Source: an uncultured virus (IMG/VR IMGVR_UViG_3300009093_000038) (Duplodnaviria; Heunggongvirae; Uroviricota; Caudoviricetes). From it: a stretch of DNA of 20,000 bases. The stretch lies in IMG/VR virus record IMGVR_UViG_3300009093_000038; one strand, given 5' to 3'. Positions within the stretch are counted from its first letter, which is position 1. Each line of letters begins with the position of its first letter. Shown piece after piece: positions 1-8,441 of the stretch. A program made the position numbers and the translations under genes. Below the pieces are notes generated by a model that saw nothing but the letters and a program-made list of their open reading frames with translations, was not told where the DNA came from and made no database searches.

Positions 1-363
1 TCCCGTGGCGCTCTGGCCCAGGGCCTGCATCGCGAGATTGATGGCGTTGGTGCCAACGTTTGTGCCGATGCACGCGAGGCTGTAGGCGGCGTTCGCAAGC
101 GCGAGCGCTTGCGGGCCAACGTCCGGTGCGGGCGGCGTTGGCGGATCAGGCTTGAACAGAATGAGATCAGACCAGGACCCGCTGCCCTGCGGGACTGTGC
201 CGTAATTCTGAATTAAAACGATGAAATTGCCGTTGCCGTAGGATGCAACGTCACGAGGCGGCACGTACGTTCCGGCTGGCATCCACGTGCCTGTGAAGTT
301 CAGGTCCGTGGAGCTGACGTAGGTCGTGTTGCCGTTTAGGTTCGCGTACGCGTAGATCGCCAC
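1..363 (-). CDS. Putative virion structural / fibre-like protein, N-terminal part (runs off window start)
   Basis: Manually translated open frame from GTG at 363: MAIYAYANLNGNTTYVSSTDLNFTGTWMPAGTYVPPRDVASYGNGNFIVLIQ...PDPPTPPAPDVGPQALALANAAYSLA...; G/T/N-rich, W-x4-Y-x4-D-V-x2-Y-G pattern like small carbohydrate-binding modules of tail fibres; preceded by GTATTTA-AGGC motif. Confidence 0.6.
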   Translation of the reverse strand, partial: MAIYAYANLNGNTTYVSSTDLNFTGTWMPAGTYVPPRDVASYGNGNFIVLIQNYGTVPQGSGSWSDLILFKPDPPTPPAPDVGPQALALANAAYSLACIGTNVGTNAINLAMQALGQSATG

Positions 364-374
364 GCCTTAAATAC
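364..374 (-). promoter_or_regulatory. Putative late-type promoter motif GTATTTA-AGGC directly before GTG start
   Basis: Same motif and spacing recur at 5093-5103 and 13109-13119. Confidence 0.55.
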
Positions 375-388
375 GGAAATAAAAATTG

Positions 389-417
389 TTTACAATTCAC
401 TTATAGAGCAATACTCT
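389..417 (+). promoter_or_regulatory. Sigma70-like promoter TTTACA-N17-TACTCT, leaderless
   Basis: -35 at 389-394, -10 at 412-417, 7 nt before ATG 425; AT-rich tract upstream. Confidence 0.65.
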
Positions 418-424
418 TAAGTCA

Positions 425-646
425 ATGAATGCTTTGACCACCGGAATGTTCATTCGCGTGCGCGCTGACCATGAGAATACGGCACGCGCTGGCCTCGACG
501 GAATGGTCATGGCCAACAGCCCAGAGGGCGAATCCATGGTCGGTCTGTTCTTCTGGTGTGACCGTCATAACAATTTTCAGCGCTGCTACTGCGTCGGCAC
601 CGAAGCCTGGGACAAAAGCGAACTGGACTTTGCGACGGTTGAATAA
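425..646 (+). CDS. Hypothetical protein (73 aa)
   Basis: First ORF of the + strand cluster, directly after promoter. Confidence 0.65.
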   Translation: MNALTTGMFIRVRADHENTARAGLDGMVMANSPEGESMVGLFFWCDRHNNFQRCYCVGTEAWDKSELDFATVE

Positions 647-657
647 AAGTTTACAAT
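629..657 (+). promoter_or_regulatory. Possible sigma70-like promoter TTTGCG-N17-TACAAT
   Basis: -10 TACAAT at 652-657, only 4 nt before ATG 662 (short). Confidence 0.3.
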
Positions 658-661
658 TTCG

Positions 662-1087
662 ATGAAACCTATTCCTGATCACCTGATCCATAATACTGCC
701 GCGCTACTCGAACGAACCTTGTTCGCGGTCGAGGCTACGAGCTTTGAGCAATTTTGCCTGTGGGAACAGCACGCCAAAGGCAGCTTGCACCGGATTCACC
801 GTGAGCTGCACTGGGAGCAGATGAGTCCTGGCTGGATGGAACAGGTCGGTAAAATCGGCAGGTGTCCCTGCATGATAGAACTCTCCTGGGCCGAGATCGA
901 CGGTCAGATTATTTTGTTCTGGCATCAGTGCAGTGCAGTGACCGATTCACGCCAGGCCGAAGCCTGGTTCGAAAAGAATTTTAAGAAGAAGTGGGATGGC
1001 GGCACACGTCGCGCCATGATCGACGCCCAGAACTTCGGCCACTGCCTGTCAGCGATCAAAGAAGCCAATTTAGCCACCCATGCCTGA
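662..1087 (+). CDS. Hypothetical phage protein (141 aa)
   Basis: ORF in operon-like array; Trp-rich; no family recognised. Confidence 0.75.
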   Translation: MKPIPDHLIHNTAALLERTLFAVEATSFEQFCLWEQHAKGSLHRIHRELHWEQMSPGWMEQVGKIGRCPCMIELSWAEIDGQIILFWHQCSAVTDSRQAEAWFEKNFKKKWDGGTRRAMIDAQNFGHCLSAIKEANLATHA

Positions 1088-1298
1088 ATCCTCTGAAATC
1101 GTTCAATACGAATACGCGCTCGAAGTCAGAGACGCGCTCGGTCACTGGTGCCGCCTGCGCGATACCAAACCGTCTTTGAGGCTGATGCAACTGCATCTGG
1201 AAGTGATCTGGGGCAAGAACATTCCGAAGGACGGCATTCGTATCATCGAGCTGAAATCTACCGAGCGCATCCTGCAACGTGAGCTGTGGACCGTCTAG
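1080..1298 (+). CDS. Hypothetical protein (72 aa)
   Basis: Overlaps upstream stop; ends in TAG one nt before next ATG. Confidence 0.65.
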   Translation: MPESSEIVQYEYALEVRDALGHWCRLRDTKPSLRLMQLHLEVIWGKNIPKDGIRIIELKSTERILQRELWTV

Positions 1299-1299
1299 C

Positions 1300-1509
1300 A
1301 TGAGCACCGAGGCAAATCCATCTATTCCCATGCAGCTCGAAGCCGCCATGAAGCAGGCCGGGCTGAATCGGCTCGACATGGCGCTGGCGCTGAAGACGCA
1401 TCCGTCTGCGGTTACGAAATGGCTGAAGCCCGAGTCCAACATGACCATCAGCACGCTGAAGCGGTTCTGCGACGTGCTCAGCCTGGATGTAAAACTGATC
1501 AAACTATGA
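1300..1509 (+). CDS. XRE/Cro-family helix-turn-helix DNA-binding protein (69 aa)
   Basis: LEAAMKQAGLNRLDMALALKTHPSAVTKWLKPESNMTISTLKRFCDVL matches HTH_XRE pattern; ATG at 1300 preferred to GTG 1279. Confidence 0.85.
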   Translation: MSTEANPSIPMQLEAAMKQAGLNRLDMALALKTHPSAVTKWLKPESNMTISTLKRFCDVLSLDVKLIKL

Positions 1510-1727
1510 GAAAATTTCTATTTGTGCTCAGCGCGACTGCTGTCAAACCAGGTGAGACGTTCGGACCCGTCAACACGAACATCACCAAGGAAATCCACGG
1601 CCTGCTCCCCAATGAAAAAGAGCTGTACCAGGTGCGCTACCAGTTCTTCGATTTCCTGTCCAAGAAGGGCTACTCGCTGCTCATGGACCAGGTTATCATC
1701 CTGGGCTTTTACCAGATCGAGTCATGA
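1506..1727 (+). CDS. Hypothetical protein (73 aa, MRKFLFVLS...)
   Basis: ATGA overlap with upstream and downstream genes. Confidence 0.7.
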   Translation: MRKFLFVLSATAVKPGETFGPVNTNITKEIHGLLPNEKELYQVRYQFFDFLSKKGYSLLMDQVIILGFYQIES

Positions 1728-2116
1728 TTTACACGCCCGAGCACATCACTCATCTCGAAGACAACGAAGTGTTTGTCTTTGGATCGAATCGAGCTGGCCG
1801 CCACGGCATGGGCGCGGCGCTCACGGCCAAGGAGCTGTTCGAAGCTGAGTATGGCGTCGGCGAAGGTCCTACGGGCCAGTGCTACGCGCTGCCGACGAAA
1901 GGCCGGTCGTTGCGCACGCTGACCCTCGCCGAGATCGACGGCTCTATCCAGAGATTTCTGGAACATGCCACGGCGCACCCGAAGAAGACATTCCTGGTGA
2001 CCAAGATCGGTTGCGGTCTCGCTGGTTATGCGCCCGAGGTCATCGGTCGTCTGTTCTTCAAGTCCGGCGCGCTGCCTGCCAACGTTGTGCTACCAAAAGA
2101 ATTCCATACGCAATGA
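1724..2116 (+). CDS. Conserved phage protein, macro-domain-like (A1S_2505-type)
   Basis: Motifs VFVFGSNRAGRHGMGAA, GEGPTGQCYALPT, FLVTKIGCGLAGY. Confidence 0.8.
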   Translation: MIYTPEHITHLEDNEVFVFGSNRAGRHGMGAALTAKELFEAEYGVGEGPTGQCYALPTKGRSLRTLTLAEIDGSIQRFLEHATAHPKKTFLVTKIGCGLAGYAPEVIGRLFFKSGALPANVVLPKEFHTQ

Positions 2117-2340
2117 GCTTTGTGCTGCCAGACGTAATCTTTTATTTTCCGCCGGTACCTGTGCGCCGTGGGATGCGTGACTACGCCCACGATCAGACCG
2201 TAAACAGATGGGCATGGGATCGTGGCTGGCTACCCAAAGACGCGAAAGGCCAGATCGAAGTTTATCCTGGTCAGCGTGCTGAAGTATGGGGCGGTATCGC
2301 CAGGAATTGCCAGCAATACCTGGCACTTAAGTTTGTATGA
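2113..2340 (+). CDS. Hypothetical protein (75 aa, MSFVLPDV...)
   Basis: ATGA overlaps at both ends. Confidence 0.65.
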   Translation: MSFVLPDVIFYFPPVPVRRGMRDYAHDQTVNRWAWDRGWLPKDAKGQIEVYPGQRAEVWGGIARNCQQYLALKFV

Positions 2341-2591
2341 TCCAGCTTGATGGCAAAATTGATGAGAAGCGACTGCGGCAATTCGCCAGCCAGGTGAAGC
2401 ATATTCCGCCGCACGCGTTGCACGTTATCCACGAGATGATGTGCAAGGATCAGAGTCCTGAGTTTTATCACGGCCAGATGGCGGCGCTCCAGTTTGCTCA
2501 TCAGCTCATGGCAGGAACACAGAGTCAGAACACGGTGGGCGCGACGATGGCTGTGGTCGCCAAGCACATCGTGGACAACGGATGGTGGTGA
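2337..2591 (+). CDS. Hypothetical protein (84 aa)
   Basis: ATGA overlap; helical composition. Confidence 0.7.
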   Translation: MIQLDGKIDEKRLRQFASQVKHIPPHALHVIHEMMCKDQSPEFYHGQMAALQFAHQLMAGTQSQNTVGATMAVVAKHIVDNGWW

Positions 2592-2592
2592 T

Positions 2593-2814
2593 ATGAATAA
2601 CACGAGCAATTACATCGTTTGTCCCAACTGCCACGGTAAACTCCGTGAAGGAGAGGCCAAGTTTCAGCAGGTGGCGGGCGAGCCTCTTTTCGATATGACC
2701 TGCCTGAAGTGCAGCCATCGCTGGCGAGCACATCATCGTGATTTCAAACGCGATCTTTCTACGGACCCGAGCCGTAATCCATTCAACCCAGTCAACATCA
2801 CACCCAGGTTTTAA
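2593..2814 (+). CDS. Zinc-ribbon protein (73 aa)
   Basis: CPNC...CLKC pair followed by HRW; ATG 2593 one nt after upstream stop. Confidence 0.7.
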   Translation: MNNTSNYIVCPNCHGKLREGEAKFQQVAGEPLFDMTCLKCSHRWRAHHRDFKRDLSTDPSRNPFNPVNITPRF

Positions 2815-2815
2815 T

Positions 2816-3151
2816 ATGAGTGACGATGGACCAGCAGATTTAATGAAGCTCGGCAAGCACGTGGACGAGTTCATCGAGGAGATGGAAGGACCGGCCACGC
2901 CTGAAATGGGCAATGTGGTGTACGCTCGATGGTTCTTCTTGCTTGCCCGTCTTCCGGCCTTCATGCAGATGCAGTTCGAGCCGTGGATTCAGCAATACAA
3001 ACTGTTCTGCACCTTTGAAGGAAAGCGGTACCGTTGCACCGGTGCCAGCCGGATGGGTGACGTGTGGCTGGCCAAGGACTTCGAGCGCAGGCAAGGGTAT
3101 GACTTGCGCGTTGATCTCGTCAAATGCACCCACTGGAGCGGCACGCCATGA
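2816..3151 (+). CDS. Hypothetical phage protein (111 aa)
   Basis: ATG 2816; LFCTFEGKRYRCTGASRMGDVWL segment looks like a conserved phage domain. Confidence 0.75.
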   Translation: MSDDGPADLMKLGKHVDEFIEEMEGPATPEMGNVVYARWFFLLARLPAFMQMQFEPWIQQYKLFCTFEGKRYRCTGASRMGDVWLAKDFERRQGYDLRVDLVKCTHWSGTP

Positions 3152-3546
3152 CCTGTGACCAATGCGGAAAAGAATTTGACCCGGCCAAGCTCGATGAAGT
3201 GATGTTTCACGCCGGAGACCACACGCCCATCGTCGCGACCGGAATCGAAGGCCACCAGGTGGAGCAGCCGGACACCGACGATCTGCTCAGTGTTCAGCAT
3301 CTGTCCCGGTCTCATCGAACAACGATGACGCAGAACCAGCGTAAAGAACTGGTTCGCATTCTTTCGATGGCGTTCGAAAAAGACAAACCGTACCTGACTC
3401 TCGAACAGCTCGCGGGAATGAATGATCGACAGGTTGGTCTCGCGTGGCTGCGGATGTGCGACTATATCACTGAAGGCCAGTATCAGCGTGAGTTTGAAGC
3501 GTGCGTGGGTTTACCTGTTTTTCTAACCAGAGATCGACATGAGTGA
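3148..3546 (+). CDS. Hypothetical protein with N-terminal CxxC..H..H motif (132 aa)
   Basis: MTCDQCGKEFDPAKLDEVMFHAGDH; ATGA overlap with upstream gene. Confidence 0.7.
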   Translation: MTCDQCGKEFDPAKLDEVMFHAGDHTPIVATGIEGHQVEQPDTDDLLSVQHLSRSHRTTMTQNQRKELVRILSMAFEKDKPYLTLEQLAGMNDRQVGLAWLRMCDYITEGQYQREFEACVGLPVFLTRDRHE

Positions 3547-4006
3547 CGTGAAAGTTTTTGGTGGTTCCGGTATCACCGTGGACCTGTACCAGTTCATCCG
3601 CGAGCTGCTGCCCCCAGGCAAAACCATCCTGGAACTCGGCAGCGGGGACGTGAGCACGCGCTACCTCAGCGAAGTTTACAAAGTATTCTCCGTGGAGGAT
3701 AAGCCGGAGTGGCTGAACAAGCACAAGGCCACCTACATCCACGCGCCGCTCGTTAAGGGCTGGTACGACGTGGATGTGCTGAATGTGGCCATGCCCAAGG
3801 ATTACGATCTCATCTTGGTGGACGGTCCGACCGGTGAGGGCAATCGGATCGGCTTCTTTCATCATCTGGAGATTTTCAATACCAAGGTCCCAATTATTTT
3901 CGACGACACGAACCGGACCGGCGAATGGTACCTGGCCCAGAGTGTGGCCGCCTTCCTGGGACGCCCGGCTGTATTTCATTCCACGTTTGCAATCTTAATG
4001 CCCTGA
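3539..4006 (+). CDS. Class I SAM-dependent methyltransferase (155 aa)
   Basis: ILELGSG motif I, FSVED, YDLILVDGP, IIFDD. Confidence 0.8.
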   Translation: MSDVKVFGGSGITVDLYQFIRELLPPGKTILELGSGDVSTRYLSEVYKVFSVEDKPEWLNKHKATYIHAPLVKGWYDVDVLNVAMPKDYDLILVDGPTGEGNRIGFFHHLEIFNTKVPIIFDDTNRTGEWYLAQSVAAFLGRPAVFHSTFAILMP

Positions 4007-4026
4007 CCTATGCCCTGACCTATGCC
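3998..4026 (+). repeat. 12-bp tandem repeat ATGCCCTGACCT x2.4 at a gene junction
   Basis: ATGCCCTGACCT ATGCCCTGACCT ATGCC. Confidence 0.9.
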
Positions 4027-4294
4027 AAGAAAAACTAACCTACCAAAACGATCCACACATAGCCGCGTTGAAGAAGCCAGAGAACTTCTTTTAAGAGCAC
4101 GGGCAGCCGTGCTCTTGTTAAACAGTGATGCTGTTCGTGACGCGCAGAACAAGCGCCGGTCTGCCATCTCCAGGACTCACGCTGGCCGCCGATTCAGGAT
4201 GACTGGCTCCATCTGCTCCACCATCGAATCGCTGCGCGAACTCCTCTGGGAGATGCCCGGTGTGGATTACAAGCAGACCTACCGGAAGAAATGA
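4022..4294 (+). CDS. Hypothetical basic protein (90 aa)
   Basis: ORF continuing the + strand cluster. Confidence 0.55.
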   Translation: MPRKTNLPKRSTHSRVEEARELLLRARAAVLLLNSDAVRDAQNKRRSAISRTHAGRRFRMTGSICSTIESLRELLWEMPGVDYKQTYRKK

Positions 4295-4434
4295 AACCGC
4301 CGAAGCCAAAGCATCATCCTTGGCGGGGTTGGGTGCCGATCACATCCGCCAGAAGACCTAACGAGAAAGACCACGCCAAGCATTTGGCGGAGGCGAAGGA
4401 GCGCGCCAAGAAGTTCAAGCGCACTAGGGCTTGA
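4291..4434 (+). CDS. Small basic protein (47 aa, not in ORF track)
   Basis: MKPPKPKHHPWRGWVPITSARRPNEKDHAKHLAEAKERAKKFKRTRA; ATGA overlap upstream, fills the gap to the convergent gene. Confidence 0.55.
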   Translation: MKPPKPKHHPWRGWVPITSARRPNEKDHAKHLAEAKERAKKFKRTRA

Positions 4435-5092
4435 TCCAATAGCACGCGCCCATATCGACCGTTACCTTGATGTCCGGCATGTTGTCGCCGAAGTAATCGC
4501 GAATCGCGTCCTGCTCACCTTTCAGCACCCAGTCATCCGACAGCACCACGCCGCCGCTCACCACTTTCGGATACAGGTATTTCATGCAGCACTCGACCGA
4601 CTCGTACAGATCGCCGTCCAGGCGCAGCATGGCGATGGGTCCGATCTCAGTCTTGGGCAGCGTGTGCTGGAACCAGCCCTCATGAAAGTGAACCTTATCA
4701 ATCGGCAGATTAAGATTCATCAGGTTTGACTTCACGCCGACGACTGAGCACGAGGAAATGCCACTGCTCTTGAGGCGTTCCTCCAGGGGCAGATTCACGT
4801 CCACCACGAACTTGCCGATTCCCGGCTGATCGAGGTCCTATGGCCCGGCATAAGGGATGCCTTGGAAGGAGTCGAACAGGTGCAGGTCGCGCATGTCGCC
4901 CTGGTCGAGCATGGCCGTCATCATGGACGCTGCGCTGCCGCCGTAGGCCACGCCGCACTCAACGAAGGCACCCGGCACGCTCAACGCGTGTTTGGCGAGA
5001 ATGTAGGTGTGCTGGATGCCCTGATATGTGGTGAGCGCGTACCCCACCAGGTGCTGTAAGGACCTGGTATTGCCGTAATTGAATTCAACCAT
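4424..5092 (-). CDS. TylF/MycF/NovP-type O-methyltransferase interrupted by one in-frame TAG (4838-4840)
   Basis: Track ORFs 4838..5092 and 4424..4807 share a frame; joined: VPGAFVECGVAYGGS...FDSFQGIPYAGP*DLDQPGIGKFVV...GWFQHTLP...IAMLRLDGDLYES...LYPKVVSGGVVLSDDW. Confidence 0.85.
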
Positions 5093-5103
5093 GCCCTATT
5101 TAC
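5093..5103 (-). promoter_or_regulatory. Putative late-type promoter motif GTAAATA-GGGC before ATG
   Basis: Same spacing as 364-374 and 13109-13119; overlaps TAA of upstream gene. Confidence 0.45.
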
Positions 5104-5708
5104 GCGGGGACGAGCAGAGTGTCCCAGTGGCCCATGATGCCGAGGCCGACACTGGTCAGATCAAATTTGAGCGGTTTGACTTTCAGTTTCGTCCAGAGCT
5201 TTTCGTAGTAGCTCTCGCCGTGCTCATCGAGCGTGTTGAAATCATGGAACTCCACCGTGATCTGGCCGAAGGTAATGTCCTCGGGCCAGTTCTCCAGGAT
5301 CAGGAATTCAGCCAGCTCGCAATCGAGTTTGATCAGGTCCCAGTGCTTCACGCCGACCTTTTTGGAAAAGCTGGCGATGTTCATTGTGGGAACGTTTACA
5401 ATTTTGGCGTCGTTCACCAGCCACGGCAGGTGGGTCAGGTAATTTCCTTCACCGGTTGAGAACATAGCGTAGTCGGCGGCTGCCCGGTCGTCGTGGACCA
5501 TGGCCATCGAATGGAAAATCACTTCCGGTATGAATGGCTCGGTCACAGTCGGGTCCGGCTCGATGGCGTGAATGATAGCGTTTGGCCGAAGTTCCAGGAG
5601 AGCTTTGGTAAATCCAAAGTTGCGTGCGCCCACGTCGAGAACAAAGGGCCTTTCCGGCAGCAGGTCCATGCTGATCGTGTGCGAACTGACCGAGAGTAGC
5701 GCTTCCAT
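5100..5708 (-). CDS. FkbM-family methyltransferase (202 aa)
   Basis: VLDVGA, HAIEPDP, DLIKLDCELAEFLIL, QITVEFH. Confidence 0.85.
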   Translation of the reverse strand: MEALLSVSSHTISMDLLPERPFVLDVGARNFGFTKALLELRPNAIIHAIEPDPTVTEPFIPEVIFHSMAMVHDDRAAADYAMFSTGEGNYLTHLPWLVNDAKIVNVPTMNIASFSKKVGVKHWDLIKLDCELAEFLILENWPEDITFGQITVEFHDFNTLDEHGESYYEKLWTKLKVKPLKFDLTSVGLGIMGHWDTLLVPA

Positions 5709-5709
5709 A

Positions 5710-6054
5710 CTAAGACTTACTGTCGGCGTGCTCGGCGGTGCGCTGCTTGTCCGAGGCCAGCCACGCGGCTTTGGCGACCACCCTGGTCACGCAGATGATG
5801 CTTTTAGTGAGCACACCGTTGTAGTTGGCCGGGTCCATGTGGGAATAGTTTTCTTCCCACCACAGCTCGAAATTGTAAACGCTCTTGGTGTTGGCCAGCA
5901 GCCCGTCAGCCTGGTCGAGTCCGATCGTACGCCAGCCGCACTTTTTGCAGACCATCAGGTCGGTGGGAACTTCGAACGTGCGCCCCTTATATTCCTGGGT
6001 GACGTTCCCGTAGCTCTCCTCGAACTCCTCGTTGTCGCAGTGCAGGCAGATCAT
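5710..6054 (-). CDS. YgiT/MqsA-N-type zinc finger protein (114 aa)
   Basis: MICLHC...YKGRTFEV...VCKKCG; ATGA overlap at 6051-6054. Confidence 0.7.
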   Translation of the reverse strand: MICLHCDNEEFEESYGNVTQEYKGRTFEVPTDLMVCKKCGWRTIGLDQADGLLANTKSVYNFELWWEENYSHMDPANYNGVLTKSIICVTRVVAKAAWLASDKQRTAEHADSKS

Positions 6055-6248
6055 GGCTCGGTCTTGCTCCAACCCCAGTCCCAGTTGGTCACCAGGTAGT
6101 CGATGGCCGCCTTCTCGATCTGGGTTTCCACGTGATTTGCATCCGGGTGATAGAGTACGAAATGTTTGTTCTTGTAGCCGTTGGCTTCGAGCAGGTTCAG
6201 CGCGTCACTGTCGCATCTGAAGCCTTCTGGGTTTGGTCCTGTGGGCAT
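6051..6248 (-). CDS. Hypothetical protein (65 aa)
   Basis: Tightly packed ORF; AIDYLVTNWDWGW C-terminus. Confidence 0.7.
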   Translation of the reverse strand: MPTGPNPEGFRCDSDALNLLEANGYKNKHFVLYHPDANHVETQIEKAAIDYLVTNWDWGWSKTEP

Positions 6249-6251
6249 GGC

Positions 6252-6491
6252 TTAGATGGTTGCTTTTCGCTCGGCGACTTCGTTTTCCGATATAGCTGCT
6301 ACGACGATTTTGTAGTGCTGCACGTCCCACGATTTGTCCTTCAGGATTCGTCTTTCGGCTTCGTTGGTGGCCCGGTCTATCGCGCCCGCAAGGTCAGCCT
6401 GGTCGAAGATGACCTCGGGGTCGCCGTCGATAGTGTGCTGCTTCGACCGCACCCAACGAATAAAAACATGGAATCGGATTGCGGGCTGCAT
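6252..6491 (-). CDS. Hypothetical protein (79 aa)
   Basis: Tightly packed ORF in - strand cluster. Confidence 0.65.
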   Translation of the reverse strand: MQPAIRFHVFIRWVRSKQHTIDGDPEVIFDQADLAGAIDRATNEAERRILKDKSWDVQHYKIVVAAISENEVAERKATI

Positions 6492-6492
6492 G

Positions 6493-7143
6493 TCAGGACC
6501 TTTTGACCGTTTTGCGCACTTCCGGTTTGATCTTGCCGAGGCGCTTTTTCAGCTTCATTGCCGAGTCTTCCTCCACCATTGCTTCAGCGATCCGGCGCGC
6601 TTGATCTTCCGCACCCAGTTCCTTTGCCACGCGCAGAATGTCCGGCTGAAGCCGGGCGGCGATGCGCTGCATGTTGTCCTGGCTGTGCGCGATACTGTGG
6701 AGCAGGTCCAGGGAACGATAGGTAAACAGGCGCGCTTCGCGGGCGTAATCGAGACCACGTTGATTACACATCCAGTGGACGACATCCAGGAAGTCGGAGT
6801 CGTTGGGCGCGTCCACGTCGAATGCCTTCATGTGCTTCACGGCCTGGTAGGCGTAAGCGTGCGCGAGGGAGCCGGTGCCACGCAGCTCGATTTTTACCTT
6901 GCTGATGCCCGAAGCGGACTTGAAATACTTTTCGATCTGCTTGTCCGTGGCCGTGGCCTGAGCGGAGATTTCAAATCGTGACGCAGTGAGATCGGTGTAG
7001 CGGGCATAATAGAGATGTTCCACATGGAACTTTATCTCGAAGGATTCCGTCCATCCTTTTGCGATGGCGCGTCTGCCTTGTTCGTTCAGCTTCGGCGAGA
7101 GATTGCAGATGATTTTAACCCAACGTTTTTTTGATTCGCTCAT
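6493..7143 (-). CDS. Hypothetical protein (about 216 aa)
   Basis: Long ORF; ATG 7143 (MSESKKRW) preferred to 7173 to limit overlap. Confidence 0.7.
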   Translation of the reverse strand: MSESKKRWVKIICNLSPKLNEQGRRAIAKGWTESFEIKFHVEHLYYARYTDLTASRFEISAQATATDKQIEKYFKSASGISKVKIELRGTGSLAHAYAYQAVKHMKAFDVDAPNDSDFLDVVHWMCNQRGLDYAREARLFTYRSLDLLHSIAHSQDNMQRIAARLQPDILRVAKELGAEDQARRIAEAMVEEDSAMKLKKRLGKIKPEVRKTVKRS

Positions 7144-7609
7144 AGATTTTGGTGGTTGAGAGTCCCTGTACATTTTGCAAAAGCGCGATCTCGCATTTGG
7201 CGCGCCGGGCAGCTTGGACCTCTTTCTTGTCCAGCGTCTCCAGTGTATAATCTCCGCCCTTGAACCAAACGTCCGGCTTGAATTCGGTGATCCATTTGGT
7301 GATGCGTGACTCGTTAAAGATGAAAACCATGCTCACCATTTCCAGAGCGGCAACTACTGTGGCGCGCTGGATGTCCGGGTTGATAGGGCGGCCTGGACCC
7401 TTTAGGCGTTTTACCGACGTGTCACTATTCAGCAGTACGATCAGGTGTGAGCACTTCGAACGGGCGTGAGTCAGGTAGTGGATGTGACCGGCGTGAAGAA
7501 TATCGAAGCATCCGTTTGTGACGCCGATCCTGCCAGACCGGTGCAGCTTTATCCATTCCTTGGCCTCTTTCAGGGTGCCGATGATCTTGTGCGCGCCGTC
7601 GTAACTCAT
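7115..7609 (-). CDS. rfaE2: RfaE/HldE domain II-type nucleotidyltransferase (heptose-1-phosphate adenylyltransferase-like)
   Basis: TNGCFDILHAGH (HIGH), LNSDTSVKRLKGPGRPIN, KGGDY, GLSTT. Confidence 0.9.
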   Translation of the reverse strand: MSYDGAHKIIGTLKEAKEWIKLHRSGRIGVTNGCFDILHAGHIHYLTHARSKCSHLIVLLNSDTSVKRLKGPGRPINPDIQRATVVAALEMVSMVFIFNESRITKWITEFKPDVWFKGGDYTLETLDKKEVQAARRAKCEIALLQNVQGLSTTKIYERIKKTLG

Positions 7610-7615
7610 GACCAG

Positions 7616-7644
7616 ATTTTGTTTACAATTTCTGTTACCGTCAA
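7616..7644 (-). promoter_or_regulatory. Sigma70-like promoter TTGACG-N17-CAAAAT, leaderless
   Basis: -35 at 7639-7644, -10 at 7616-7621, 6 nt before ATG 7609. Confidence 0.5.
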
Positions 7645-8441
7645 TCTTTTCCTTCGATGATGCGCTGAAGCTCCTGCTGGCCGCTGTGGGAATCCAAGCA
7701 GCCGTTGTAGTAAGGTCCGTTCACGAAACCGATTTCATCGTGCGTGATTCCCGCCTGCTCGGTGGTTGCTTCGTACCAGTTTCCCAGAAGTTCCTTGCGG
7801 TAGGTGACGCAAAGCCGGGCGACTGCTTCACGTGCTTTGTAAAGTTTGATGGCGAGCGGGCGGCGGGTGGCAGCGGCAGCGTTTTCCCATCCTTTGACGA
7901 TCTCAGGTTTAACTTCAGACCACTGGGGCAGCGGCGCGCCGCTGATGGCTGACTTCCAGCCAGTGGTTTCACAGTAGGCTTCGTAGGCGAGTTGTCCGGG
8001 CGTTTTTTCCATAATTTTATCGGGTTGGGTTTTACTTTCTTCTTTTAATATCTTGCGGGCTTCGGTTTCCCCGGACGCTGTCAGTGCCACACGTTGAGGA
8101 TTGCCGTTGATGAAATGCCGTGATACTTCGATAAGACCGCGTCGTCGTAGCGCCTTCAGGGTGTTCATCTGAGCCACGAAGGTAGGACTCTGGCCCTCGG
8201 CCTCATCTGGATGGACAAAGCATGGGTTGTTGTACTGCGTTTTTAGCCAGGAATGTTGCACCAGCACACCACCGCAAAGGTGCATTTTGATTAACGCGGC
8301 GTCCATCAGTTCAGAGGTAGCGTCCCCGAGCATGGTCGGCACCGTTTCCTTTTTCTTGAATGTTCTGGAGCTGCTTTGCAGGACTGCTTTTTTATCAGCT
8401 TCGAATTCGGCTTTTATTTTGGATTGGAAGTCAGTTTTCAT
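7641..8441 (-). CDS. Hypothetical multi-segment protein (266 aa)
   Basis: Winged-helix-like segment TLKALRRRGLIEV...VALTASG followed by a KTPGQLAYEAY...LPQW segment. Confidence 0.7.
   Translation of the reverse strand: MKTDFQSKIKAEFEADKKAVLQSSSRTFKKKETVPTMLGDATSELMDAALIKMHLCGGVLVQHSWLKTQYNNPCFVHPDEAEGQSPTFVAQMNTLKALRRRGLIEVSRHFINGNPQRVALTASGETEARKILKEESKTQPDKIMEKTPGQLAYEAYCETTGWKSAISGAPLPQWSEVKPEIVKGWENAAAATRRPLAIKLYKAREAVARLCVTYRKELLGNWYEATTEQAGITHDEIGFVNGPYYNGCLDSHSGQQELQRIIEGKD

Noticed and set aside
4838..4840. Pyrrolysine codon in a methyltransferase
   Set aside because: Pyl is characteristic of methylamine:corrinoid methyltransferases, unrelated to SAM-dependent TylF; no pyl genes in the window
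5710..6248. MqsRA-like toxin-antitoxin pair
   Set aside because: Zn-finger protein lacks the C-terminal HTH of MqsA and the upstream ORF shows no recognisable toxin motif
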